A DNA stretch of 64,000 bases from Candidatus Latescibacterota bacterium (GTDB lineage: Bacteria; Latescibacterota; UBA2968), in NCBI GenBank assembly GCA_965222605.1, contig OZ244960.1, positions 2,912,001-2,976,000 of the forward strand. Direction: 5' to 3'. A program made the translations under genes and the position numbers. Positions 29,242-38,312 of the stretch are shown here, in pieces; within the stretch, counting starts at the first letter, position 1; each line of letters begins with the position of its first letter. Below the pieces are notes generated by a model. It made no database searches. It was given only the letters and a program-made list of their open reading frames with translations, and had not been told where the DNA came from.

Positions 29242-32200
29242 ATCAATCTGAACTTCGTCAGGAACTCGACCGTCTGTGTGAACTTCCGCATGAGACTGAA
29301 TGGCTCGAGTTCAAGGAAGCTAAAAATCAGTATGACTTCGATAAGTTGGGCAAGTATTTCTCTGCCCTGTCCAACGAAGCCAACTTGAAAAAACAAGCGT
29401 GTGGCTGGTTGGTATTTGGTGTAAAAGATGATCGTTCGGTTTGCGGCAGTCAGTTCCGCGAAGCTCCAGCGCATCTTGACAGCTTGAAACAGGAAATTGC
29501 CAATCATACAACTGGCAACCTCACATTTGATGAGATTTATGTGCTCAATCACCCAAGTGGCCGCGTTGTAATGTTCAAGATTCCGCCCGCCTTGCAAGGC
29601 GTACCAACCGCCTGGAAAGAACATTGGTATGGACGCAACGGCGAGTCCCTCGGTGGGCTCAGTTTGCGAGAAATTGAGACGATTCGGTTGCAGTCTTCTG
29701 ACGAGCATCAAACCAATTCAGACTGGAATCAGCACAAATACGCTTCTGACCTGGCGATTGCCAACCTTCTTGGCGCGTGGAATGAACTAAACGAAGCTGA
29801 TTTAGAAATTGTGCGTCAGCTTGCCAATGAAGAGGATTACGCAAGGTGGATTCCCAAACTGAGGGAAATGTTACAACAAGCCATAAGCCCTGTGACGTTT
29901 ATGAATGGAAGATGGCAGGTCATTGATCGAAAAGGGATGTGGAAGGCATTAGGCGGACGTGTTTTTGATGATACGCTGGAAGTGCTGAAACAGTGCGTGG
30001 TTACAGTCCTGTCCGAGCGCGACCCTCAGTTTGACTTACCTCCTGATGAACGCTATGCTGCCAATATCTATGGAAAGGTATTGAATTACTCAACCGGACT
30101 TCGGGAAGGTTTGGTCGAAACGCTGGCACTTCTCGGCACTAATCCCGGTGCTTTGAAGAACTTTTCACCACAACATCAGGGTTGGAAGCCAAAAGATACA
30201 GCTAATCTTGCCGTTCGAGAAATTTTCGAGAATGCGGATTGGGTATTGTGGGGTAGCCTCAATGATCTTCTCCCTGTACTGGCAGAAGCAGCCCCGAATA
30301 ATTTTTTGGCCGTGGTAGAAAATGCGTTGGGCCAATCTCCTTGCCCATTTGACGCACTGTTTTCACAGGAACGCGGTGGTGTAGAAGGTAGAAATTACCT
30401 CGTTGGCCTACTCTGGGCATTGGAAACACTCGCCTGGGATGCCGATTACCTCGTCCGAGTGTGCGTAATTCTCGGTGATCTTGCGGAGCGTGATCCCGGT
30501 GGGAATTGGGCGAACCGCCCTGCCAATTCACTGACAGAAATTATACTTCCGTGGCATCCGCAGACTATTGCACCCATAGAGAAGCGCGAAGTTGCTGTAA
30601 AAACGCTGAGGAATGCAGTCCCGGATGTGGCATGGAACCTATTGATCAGCCTATTGCCAAGGCAACATCAGATGTCCTCTGGCACTCGCAAACCTGCATG
30701 GCGAAATACTATTCCCGATGATTGGGAAGATCGCGTTACTCAAGAGGAGTACTGGAAGCAAATTACCTCTTACGCTGAAATAGCGGTTTCGATGGCAAGC
30801 AATGACATTGATAAATTAACTGAGTTGGCAAGTGATCTTGATAACTTACCAAAACCTTCTGATGACAAATTGCTCGAGCATCTGTCATCAGAAGATATAT
30901 GTGGGAAACCTGAAGATCAGCGTCTAAAACTTTGGACAAAATTAACCGAGCTTGCCTCAAAACACAGACGTTTTTCCGACGCAGAATGGGCTTTAAGCGA
31001 TAAAATTGTTTCTAAAATCGAGAATGTTACTGCAGAACTCGCCCCTAAAAATCCATTTCATCTTCATCGCAGATTATTTAGCTACAAGGTCTGGCACGAT
31101 TACTACGAAGAAAGTGGCACTCGGGAAGAACAGCAGCAAGAACTCGATCAACGCCGCCACCAGGCTATAAACGAGATTATGGTTGACGATGGGATAGATA
31201 TGGTACTTCAATTCGCCGAAAGTGTTGAGGCACCCTGGTTTGTTGGCCGTTCTCTAGGTAATATTGCCCAGGCGGAAACCGACAACCGCATCCTTCCTGC
31301 ATTGCTGGAGACAGAGAATACCAAACTCGCGCTGCTTACAAGTGCCTATGTCCGTTGTCGCCAAGACCTCAATGGATGGGAATGGGTTGATGGCTTTGAT
31401 ACCTCGAACTGGTCAGGCGCACAAATAGGTCAGTTCTTAGCCTATTTGCCCTTGGTAAAGGAAACTTGGACTCGTGCAAAGGATTGGATTGGCTCGGATG
31501 AAAAAGAGTATTGGAGTAAAATTAGTGCAAACCAATATCCCACCGATGATGACCTCGGTTTTGCCATTGATAAATTGATCGCGTATGACAGACCTCATAC
31601 TGCCATCGAATGGCTATATAGCAAAAAACCATTGGACAAAACCCGAAGTGTAAAAGCTCTCAGGGCTGCTATTTCTTCTCAAGAACCTCCACAGGAAATG
31701 GGCACACATACCATCATTGAAATCATAGAGACTTTACAGGACGACCCGGACACCGATCCAGATGATCTTTTTCAAATTGAGTGGGCATATCTGCCCTTAT
31801 TGGATCAATACGCATCGCCGAAGTCATTGGAAAACCGCCTATCTTCTGACCCAGATTTTTTCTGCGAAGTGATACGCCTTATCTATCGTTCAAAAAAGGA
31901 AACGGAACCTCCAAGAGAATTTAGCGAACAGGAGAAATCCATTGCTGATAACGCATACGAACTCCTTGATAAATGGAAAACTCCTCCGGGTAAGCAATCA
32001 GATGGTCAATTTTTACCTGACCAATTCGAGAAGTGGCTTAAGAGAACAAAAGAAGCGTGTAATGAATCCGGACATCTTGAGGTCACTCTTATGCATATAG
32101 GCAAAGTTCTCATTCACGCGCCACCTGATCCAGAAGGGTTGTGGATACATCAAACAGTCGCATCTGCGCTCAATGCAACGGATGAAGAGGAAATGAGGAA

Positions 32201-32537
32201 TAGTTTCCGATCCGGAATGTACAACTCTCGCGGAGTTCACACAGTTGACCCGACGGGAAAACCCGAACGAGAGCTTGCCGAGGAATACAAACAAAAAGCC
32301 GAAGAAGTTGAAAATGAGGGCTATCACCGCTTTGCTGTTACACTCCGGAAATTAGCAGAAGGATATGAGCGAGAAGCGGAAACATATATTGCTAAGTATG
32401 ACGAGAAAGTGAGAAGGCTTCAGAACCAAAAATTGATTGAACGCGAAAGTGCCCGACGGTTGGCAAATCGCGGAGGGAGCGAGCCACAACTACAAGCTGT
32501 CCCGCGCCGTCGGAGTGATCCCACTTACCAAATTTAA
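29238..32537 (+). CDS. 1099-aa protein: N-terminal AlbA_2/Schlafen domain plus large uncharacterised helical region
   Basis: ETEWLEFKEA...SALSNEA...LVFGVKD; GLLWALETLAW, RPANSL, YNSRGV motifs; ATGA-coupled to hsdS. Confidence 0.75.
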   Translation: MNQSELRQELDRLCELPHETEWLEFKEAKNQYDFDKLGKYFSALSNEANLKKQACGWLVFGVKDDRSVCGSQFREAPAHLDSLKQEIANHTTGNLTFDEIYVLNHPSGRVVMFKIPPALQGVPTAWKEHWYGRNGESLGGLSLREIETIRLQSSDEHQTNSDWNQHKYASDLAIANLLGAWNELNEADLEIVRQLANEEDYARWIPKLREMLQQAISPVTFMNGRWQVIDRKGMWKALGGRVFDDTLEVLKQCVVTVLSERDPQFDLPPDERYAANIYGKVLNYSTGLREGLVETLALLGTNPGALKNFSPQHQGWKPKDTANLAVREIFENADWVLWGSLNDLLPVLAEAAPNNFLAVVENALGQSPCPFDALFSQERGGVEGRNYLVGLLWALETLAWDADYLVRVCVILGDLAERDPGGNWANRPANSLTEIILPWHPQTIAPIEKREVAVKTLRNAVPDVAWNLLISLLPRQHQMSSGTRKPAWRNTIPDDWEDRVTQEEYWKQITSYAEIAVSMASNDIDKLTELASDLDNLPKPSDDKLLEHLSSEDICGKPEDQRLKLWTKLTELASKHRRFSDAEWALSDKIVSKIENVTAELAPKNPFHLHRRLFSYKVWHDYYEESGTREEQQQELDQRRHQAINEIMVDDGIDMVLQFAESVEAPWFVGRSLGNIAQAETDNRILPALLETENTKLALLTSAYVRCRQDLNGWEWVDGFDTSNWSGAQIGQFLAYLPLVKETWTRAKDWIGSDEKEYWSKISANQYPTDDDLGFAIDKLIAYDRPHTAIEWLYSKKPLDKTRSVKALRAAISSQEPPQEMGTHTIIEIIETLQDDPDTDPDDLFQIEWAYLPLLDQYASPKSLENRLSSDPDFFCEVIRLIYRSKKETEPPREFSEQEKSIADNAYELLDKWKTPPGKQSDGQFLPDQFEKWLKRTKEACNESGHLEVTLMHIGKVLIHAPPDPEGLWIHQTVASALNATDEEEMRNSFRSGMYNSRGVHTVDPTGKPERELAEEYKQKAEEVENEGYHRFAVTLRKLAEGYEREAETYIAKYDEKVRRLQNQKLIERESARRLANRGGSEPQLQAVPRRRSDPTYQI

Positions 32538-32650
32538 GGGCAAACTATGGTCCGCACTATCTCTTGCCCTCGCTTGATGAACGCAGCTTTTCGGTCACGC
32601 ACTGGTCAGCAGAATTTCCTTTTTTATTCTCTAAAAAATTAGTTCTTTAG

Positions 32651-34357
32651 CCCGAAAAATTCATAAAAAAGGTAGTTTCCCTATTCAAGTTATTGTATTA
32701 TATTAGGTTATACGCATAACCATTGAACAATGAACTTGGGAGAAACTACCGTGAGCACACAAGATAATCATTGCAAGGTTCCTTTGGCAAGCATTTTCGG
32801 CAAACGTCTCAACCTCGCCTTTGATGGGGGTATTCTCACCAGCGATAGCGGAGCCTTATTGCTTCGAGAAGTGGAGGCCAAAACGGGTATTTTATCACGT
32901 TTGAGTCGCGCGATTAAAGACCATCGGCATCAAAGTTATGTGGCGCATAGCACGGCAGAGTTGATCAAACAGCGCGTGTTTCAAATTGCCTGTGGGTATG
33001 AAGATGCCAATGATTGCAATGCCTTACGCAGCGATCCCGGCTTCAAGGTTGCCTGTGATCGCTTGCCCATAAGTGGTGAGAACTTGGCCAGTCAACCCAC
33101 GATGAGTCGGTTTGAGAATCAGATGAGCAGAAGCGATTTGTATCGCGTTGCTCGTGCCTTTGTCGATTGTTTTATTGCTTCGTATAAAAAGCCGCCTTCG
33201 TCGATCATCTTAGATATTGATGATACGCAGGATAGGGTTTATGGGACGCAGCAGTTGTCCTTATTCAATGGGTATTTGGGTGCCTACTCCTACCAGCCTT
33301 TGCATATTTATGAAGGGCAATCGGGCAAGCTAATCACGACGATTTTACGTCCGGGTGTGCGTCCTGATGGCAAACAGATTGTCACCATTCTCAAGCGGTT
33401 AGTCGCTTATATTCGTCAGGCTTGGCCAAAGGTGGCACTCTTTTTGCGAGGCGATGCCCACTTCTCAAGTCCAGAAGTCCAGGACTTTTGTGCGACAAAG
33501 GACCTCTTTTTTATCCTCGGACAAAGTGCCAATACCCGACTCTTAGCCCTTTCAAAGCCCCTGATGGATCAGACCAAAAGCCTTTATGCACAAACCGGCA
33601 AGCCCGTGCGACTTTTTACCTCATTTTATTACCAAGCCCAGACTTGGGCCTGTGCCAGACGCATCTTATGCAAAGCTGAAATCACCACCCGAGGCCAAAA
33701 CACACGCTTTGTCGTGACCAACCTTGAAAGTTCAAGGGCCTCCTTTATCTACCAAAATATCTATTGTGCGCGCGGACAGATGGAAAACTTCATTAAAAAT
33801 CACAAAACCTTTCTCCACTCAGACCGCACGTCCTGTCACGCTTTTGGAGCCAATCAGTTCCGCCTCTTCCTCCATTCGGCTGCCTATGTCTTGTTGCACA
33901 CCTTAGCGCACATCGGATTACAAGGCACAACGTGGATAAACGCACAGGTCAATACCCTCCAAAATCGTTTCCTTAAAGTCGCCGGACGCGTCTGTGAGTT
34001 GAAAACAAAGATCACCTTCCATCTGCCTATGTCATTTCCATTGCCACACCTTTTTGATAAAATCCTGTGCAATCTGGCAAAGGCGGTGCCATAACCCATC
34101 AACGGGGAAGGAATAGGGGTCTGTCCCATCACTTGCTGACTTTACAAATACACGGACTTATCCACAGACAGGACTGGCAAGGGACCGGTCTGTACTTTTG
34201 ACACTGGCAGAGCCTGTCAGGGGACGATTTGGGCTGCTTGAACTCTATGAAGACGCCTATGACGGCAGACAAGATAGAAAGCACCCTCATTTTGATGCTT
34301 GGAACCGATGCCGCCTGACAAACAACCCCAACCATTACAGTTCATGAATTAGTCGGG
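32651..34357 (+). mobile_element. IS1380-family insertion sequence (1707 bp)
   Basis: Imperfect TIRs CCCGAAAAATTCAT / ATGAATTAGTCGGG; 4-bp TSD TTAG (32647-50 and 34358-61). Confidence 0.9.
32730..34094 (+). CDS. IS1380-family transposase
   Basis: FDGGILTSDSG, GYEDAND, LASQPTMSRFEN, LDID, RGDAHF, YCARGQMENFIK. Confidence 0.95.
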   Translation: MNLGETTVSTQDNHCKVPLASIFGKRLNLAFDGGILTSDSGALLLREVEAKTGILSRLSRAIKDHRHQSYVAHSTAELIKQRVFQIACGYEDANDCNALRSDPGFKVACDRLPISGENLASQPTMSRFENQMSRSDLYRVARAFVDCFIASYKKPPSSIILDIDDTQDRVYGTQQLSLFNGYLGAYSYQPLHIYEGQSGKLITTILRPGVRPDGKQIVTILKRLVAYIRQAWPKVALFLRGDAHFSSPEVQDFCATKDLFFILGQSANTRLLALSKPLMDQTKSLYAQTGKPVRLFTSFYYQAQTWACARRILCKAEITTRGQNTRFVVTNLESSRASFIYQNIYCARGQMENFIKNHKTFLHSDRTSCHAFGANQFRLFLHSAAYVLLHTLAHIGLQGTTWINAQVNTLQNRFLKVAGRVCELKTKITFHLPMSFPLPHLFDKILCNLAKAVP

Positions 34358-34565
34358 TTAGGTTCAGGAGCAATTTTTTGTCGCAATTAGAAAAAGACTT
34401 TCAGGGAGTTGCGCTTTTGCAGGTATATGACAGGATCGCTGATATATTTATGGAGCAGGTCATACCAGTTGATCTTCAAATTGAGAAACTCTATCAGTCA
34501 AATGAACAACTCATCCAGGCCCGTGACCTGCTCCTACCGCGTTTGATAAGTGGAGGGGTGGCGGT

Positions 34566-35327
34566 GTGAGCGTATCCTATCCAACTAAAATCCTCTTGGC
34601 CTACCGAAGTGGCGACAGATGTGCTTTGCCCGATTGTGGACGAAATTTGTCGCCAGAGAGTGAAAGCGGCGATCCTATCAACGTGGGAGAGGCTGCACAT
34701 ATCGCTGGTGAAAATCCTGGATCAGCTCGTTATGATGAAAATATGACCCCTGAAAATAGAAACCATTATAACAACCTCATCTATCTATGCGGAACCTGCC
34801 ACACCATCATTGACGCCATACCGCAAGGCGAGAACGACTACCCCGTAGAACGCCTCCACAAGATCAAGAATGAGCACGAGCAAAAGGTCCGTGATGCAAT
34901 AGCCGATGCATTCGTAGATGTTGGATTCCCAGAATTGGAAGAAGCCACTCTATGGATCATGCAAGTTAATCTACAACAGACTGACCCTGACAATGACTTT
35001 TCGGTAATTGCGCCCGAGGACAAAATAAATAAGAACGCATTAGAAAACAGCTCTCGAATGATCATCACAATGGGCCTCAGTGTTTCGCGTGAGGTTCGAG
35101 TGTTTATTGAAAGCGTGGCGCAGACGGATCAAGATTTTCCAGAACGCCTGAAGTTGGGATTTCTACAAGAGTACTATCGGCTGAGGCAAGATGGGCATTC
35201 GGGAGACGTTCTTTTCGATTTAATGTGTAGATTTGCACAGCGAGGCTTCACGGAGCAAGCTAAGCGGTCCGCCGGATTAGCGGTACTGGTTTACCTGTTT
35301 GAGACCTGCGAGGTATTCGAGAAATGA
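34566..35327 (+). CDS. HNH effector with ABC-3C C-terminal domain (Lamassu LmuA-like)
   Basis: SGDRCALPDC, EAAHI, NLIYLCGTCHTIID; C-terminal 'VLVYLFETCEVFEK'. Confidence 0.85.
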   Translation: MSVSYPTKILLAYRSGDRCALPDCGRNLSPESESGDPINVGEAAHIAGENPGSARYDENMTPENRNHYNNLIYLCGTCHTIIDAIPQGENDYPVERLHKIKNEHEQKVRDAIADAFVDVGFPELEEATLWIMQVNLQQTDPDNDFSVIAPEDKINKNALENSSRMIITMGLSVSREVRVFIESVAQTDQDFPERLKLGFLQEYYRLRQDGHSGDVLFDLMCRFAQRGFTEQAKRSAGLAVLVYLFETCEVFEK

Positions 35328-35551
35328 TCCTTCCATCAAAGCATATTTCCCAAGACCAAGCTCTAATCGGTATTGGTGCCATCCTGCTCAAAGAGATTGA
35401 CCAGCCACAGACGGTGACCAGCCTGTGGGAGACTGTCCGCGAGGAAGACGCCATAGGCACTTTCGAACGGTTTGTGCTGGCACTTGACATGCTTCACATC
35501 ATCGGTGCTACAAATCTGGAAAACGGTCTGATTGTGAGGATGAAGCAATGA
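35324..35551 (+). CDS. ABC-three-component middle component (LmuC-like)
   Basis: MILPSKHI...LW...TFERFVLALDML; ATGA-coupled on both sides. Confidence 0.8.
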   Translation: MILPSKHISQDQALIGIGAILLKEIDQPQTVTSLWETVREEDAIGTFERFVLALDMLHIIGATNLENGLIVRMKQ

Positions 35552-37308
35552 TTCATCGAATTACGGCCAACAAATCTTCATTTCATCCAGTGGAATTTAC
35601 ACCGGGACTGAATGTCGTTTTAGCAGACCGCACGGAAACATCCACCCAAAAAGACACGCGAAACGGTCTGGGTAAATCTACTCTAATTGACATCATTGAC
35701 TTTTGTCTGGGTTCCAACGTTAGCACGGGGCAGGGCCTCTCTATAGAGCCATTACAAGATTGGGAATTTACATTGGAAATTACGCTTGCGGGCAACCACG
35801 TGAAAGTAACTCGTGCTATTAAAAGTCCGAACTGGCTGAATATAGAAGGCTCGACGCTTGGCTGGGTTGAACAACCTGATAGTGTCGATCTCTTTGGAGG
35901 AAGTAGATTCAAATTAGACCGCTGGAAGGCACTCTTGGGGCGGGCTTTATTTGGCTTACACCCGAGCGATGACACCAAGCACAAGCCTTCTTTCCGTAGT
36001 CTGGTTGCATATTTCATAAGACGCGGTGCCGACGCTTACCTTGACCCATTCAGTCATACCCGTCATCAACTGACATGGGACAAGCAACTTCACATCGCGT
36101 TTCTACTTGGCATGAATTGGGAGAATGCGTCTAAATGGCAAGCACTGAAAGGCCAGGAAAAAGGTATTAAAACAATTAATGACGCGATTGAGTCCGGTGC
36201 TATGGAAGGCGCAAGGGGTTCAGTTGGCGAGTTAGAGGCGGAATGCGTTCAATTGGAAAGTCAACTACAACGTGAATCAGATGCCTTAGAAGGATTCAAA
36301 GTACACCCGCAGTACGAAACCATTCAGAACGATGCCGATAGGATCACCGAAACCATTCACAATTTGACCAACCAGAACATTGTCGATCAAAGAAGATTGT
36401 CGCGATACAAAGAGTCAGTCGAAGCAGAGACACCGCCTTCTAACACAGCCATTGACAATATCTACGAAGAAACCGGTGTGACTTTTCCCAACTCAGTTCG
36501 TCGTACGCTTACCGAAGCCAAAGAGTTTCATTCGAAAATTATCGAGAACAGACGAGCCTTTCTCGAAACGGAAATCAGACGCATAGAACGTAAAATCAGA
36601 CTTCAAAATGAAGAAATCAGACGACAAACTGATGAGAGGGCTGACTTGCTTAGCATCCTTGAAACACACGGAGCACTGCAAGAACTGGCTAAACTCCAAG
36701 AACGCATCATTGAAATACGCGGCAATCTAAAACAGAAACGTATCCGGCTCGAAGAAATAAAGGATAGAATCTCGAGGAAACGCAACATAAATATAGCGAA
36801 AGTGGAACTGACTAAGATTGCTGAGCAAGATCATGAAGAACGCAGAGATATTTGGAGCGTTCCACTGCGTCTCTTCAACGACAATTCTCAGGCACTTTAC
36901 GAGACGCCTGGACACCTGGTGATTAATATTGATGAAACAGGGTTCAAGTACAATGTCGAGATAAACAAGAGTGGTAGCGAGGGCATAGAGAAGATGAAAA
37001 TTTTCTGCTTCGATTTGATGCTATTACAAATCATGTCAAAGCAGAATAACAGACTCAATTTCTTGATTCATGACAGTATCCTCTATGACGGTGTTGACTC
37101 CAGGCAACGAGCACTTGCGCTTGAGCAGGCGAGCAAGGTATCAAGAGCAAATAATGCACAGTACATTTGCACCCTAAATTCCGATATGGTTCCGCGAGAG
37201 GACTTCAGCGAGGACTTTAACTTCGATGAGCATGTTCGGCTGACTCTCACCGACGAGGCCCCCTCTAAAAGTCTGTTGGGTTTTTATTTTGATCGACCAC
37301 CCAAATGA
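35548..37308 (+). CDS. SMC/Rad50-like ABC ATPase, DUF2326 (Lamassu LmuB-like)
   Basis: Walker A NGLGKST, coiled coil, GSEG signature, FLIHDS Walker B, DGVDSRQ, YICTLNSD. Confidence 0.88.
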   Translation: MIHRITANKSSFHPVEFTPGLNVVLADRTETSTQKDTRNGLGKSTLIDIIDFCLGSNVSTGQGLSIEPLQDWEFTLEITLAGNHVKVTRAIKSPNWLNIEGSTLGWVEQPDSVDLFGGSRFKLDRWKALLGRALFGLHPSDDTKHKPSFRSLVAYFIRRGADAYLDPFSHTRHQLTWDKQLHIAFLLGMNWENASKWQALKGQEKGIKTINDAIESGAMEGARGSVGELEAECVQLESQLQRESDALEGFKVHPQYETIQNDADRITETIHNLTNQNIVDQRRLSRYKESVEAETPPSNTAIDNIYEETGVTFPNSVRRTLTEAKEFHSKIIENRRAFLETEIRRIERKIRLQNEEIRRQTDERADLLSILETHGALQELAKLQERIIEIRGNLKQKRIRLEEIKDRISRKRNINIAKVELTKIAEQDHEERRDIWSVPLRLFNDNSQALYETPGHLVINIDETGFKYNVEINKSGSEGIEKMKIFCFDLMLLQIMSKQNNRLNFLIHDSILYDGVDSRQRALALEQASKVSRANNAQYICTLNSDMVPREDFSEDFNFDEHVRLTLTDEAPSKSLLGFYFDRPPK

Positions 37309-38087
37309 CACAGAAGATACAAAAGACTTTATTCCTTGCATGGCAGTACAAAACAAGGGAGGACCGACCCTGGTTTCCATTGGGCAGACTGGACATTGAA
37401 CCGTCGCTTTATCGCTTCCGCTATACGGGCGGGGCTGTGCGAGCACAGCAAGAGTTGAATTATCCTCCCATCTTGAGCTTTCCTCAACTGCATAGAGATT
37501 ACCGATCCTCAGTACTATTTTACCTGTTCCAGAATCGGGTTATGAAGCCGAACAGACCGGACTTCGCCGATCATGTTCAGCGACTCGGTCTGCCTGAAAG
37601 TGCCGATGATTTCCATATGCTATCGGTAAGCGGTGGCTATCGAGTAACCGACGATTACGAGGTCTTTCCAAAACTGGTCAAAGCCGACGATGGAAGTTTT
37701 GTCTGTCGGTTTTTCCTGCACGGATGGCGATACACAAGCCTCCCCGCGCAAGAACGGCTGAATGCTCTAAAGCCAAGAGAAGAACTTTATATAGCACTGG
37801 AACTTGCCAATCCAGTGACTGGTCTGGCCGTGCAACTCCAGACAATGGACTACCACATGATTGGCTGGACCCCGCGTTATATCGTTTCCGAGATGGCGAG
37901 GGCAATGGCCGAATCGCCCGGTGGAGAGGTGTACAACTGCGGCAGCAGTTCGTACGCGGCACATGTGGTGCGGGTCAATCCCGTACCGTCTCCGATGACA
38001 CAGCGTGTTTTGATTGAGATGCGCGGTCGCTGGGACGGGTATGAACCGATGGAGAGCGAGGATTTCCAACCTCTAATTGGTGATTGA
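37305..38087 (+). CDS. HipA-N-like plus HIRAN domain protein
   Basis: LFLAWQ...GRL..YRFRY, FQNRVM..RPD, GG.R.TD.YE; HIRAN 'E..NP...AV...IGWTPRY'. Confidence 0.75.
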   Translation: MTQKIQKTLFLAWQYKTREDRPWFPLGRLDIEPSLYRFRYTGGAVRAQQELNYPPILSFPQLHRDYRSSVLFYLFQNRVMKPNRPDFADHVQRLGLPESADDFHMLSVSGGYRVTDDYEVFPKLVKADDGSFVCRFFLHGWRYTSLPAQERLNALKPREELYIALELANPVTGLAVQLQTMDYHMIGWTPRYIVSEMARAMAESPGGEVYNCGSSSYAAHVVRVNPVPSPMTQRVLIEMRGRWDGYEPMESEDFQPLIGD

Positions 38088-38110
38088 CCGTTTATTACAA
38101 GTATTGATTT

Positions 38111-38174
38111 TACTGGATCGCGGCTAAAACCATGCCGCGATGACACACGGGACGGCACGGGGACCGTCCCCTAC
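38111..38174 (-). repeat. Adjacent family B and family A REP-like palindromes
   Basis: Reverse-complement copies of 10203-10236 and 10047-10075. Confidence 0.8.
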
Positions 38175-38195
38175 AACACCTATAGACTGCGACTG

Positions 38196-38290
38196 ATCGC
38201 ACAAGTTACCGCATAAGTCACCGCACAAGTTGGGGACCAGGTCGGGATCAAAGCCAGAGTCACAGCCAGAGTCACAGCCAGAGTCACAGC
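38196..38290 (+). repeat. Orphan 12-bp tandem arrays (ACCGCACAAGTT-like and AGCCAGAGTCAC x3)
   Basis: Encode TAQV/GDQV/PESQ-type linkers but lie in no intact ORF. Confidence 0.8.
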
Positions 38291-38312
38291 ACAGATTGGT
38301 AGCGCTACCAGA

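Larger units (their letters stand above)
32583..34569 (+). pseudogene. hsdS: Degenerate hsdS 3' half interrupted by IS1380
   Basis: AAFRSRTGQQNFLFYSLKN*FF | GSGAIF...QARDLLLPRLISGGVAV; has a stop and frameshifts; tail matches the intact hsdS. Confidence 0.75.

Noticed and set aside
28039-34569. Invertible hsdS shufflon (phase variation)
   Set aside because: The second hsdS piece is in direct orientation, degenerate and IS-interrupted; no recombinase or inverted repeats seen
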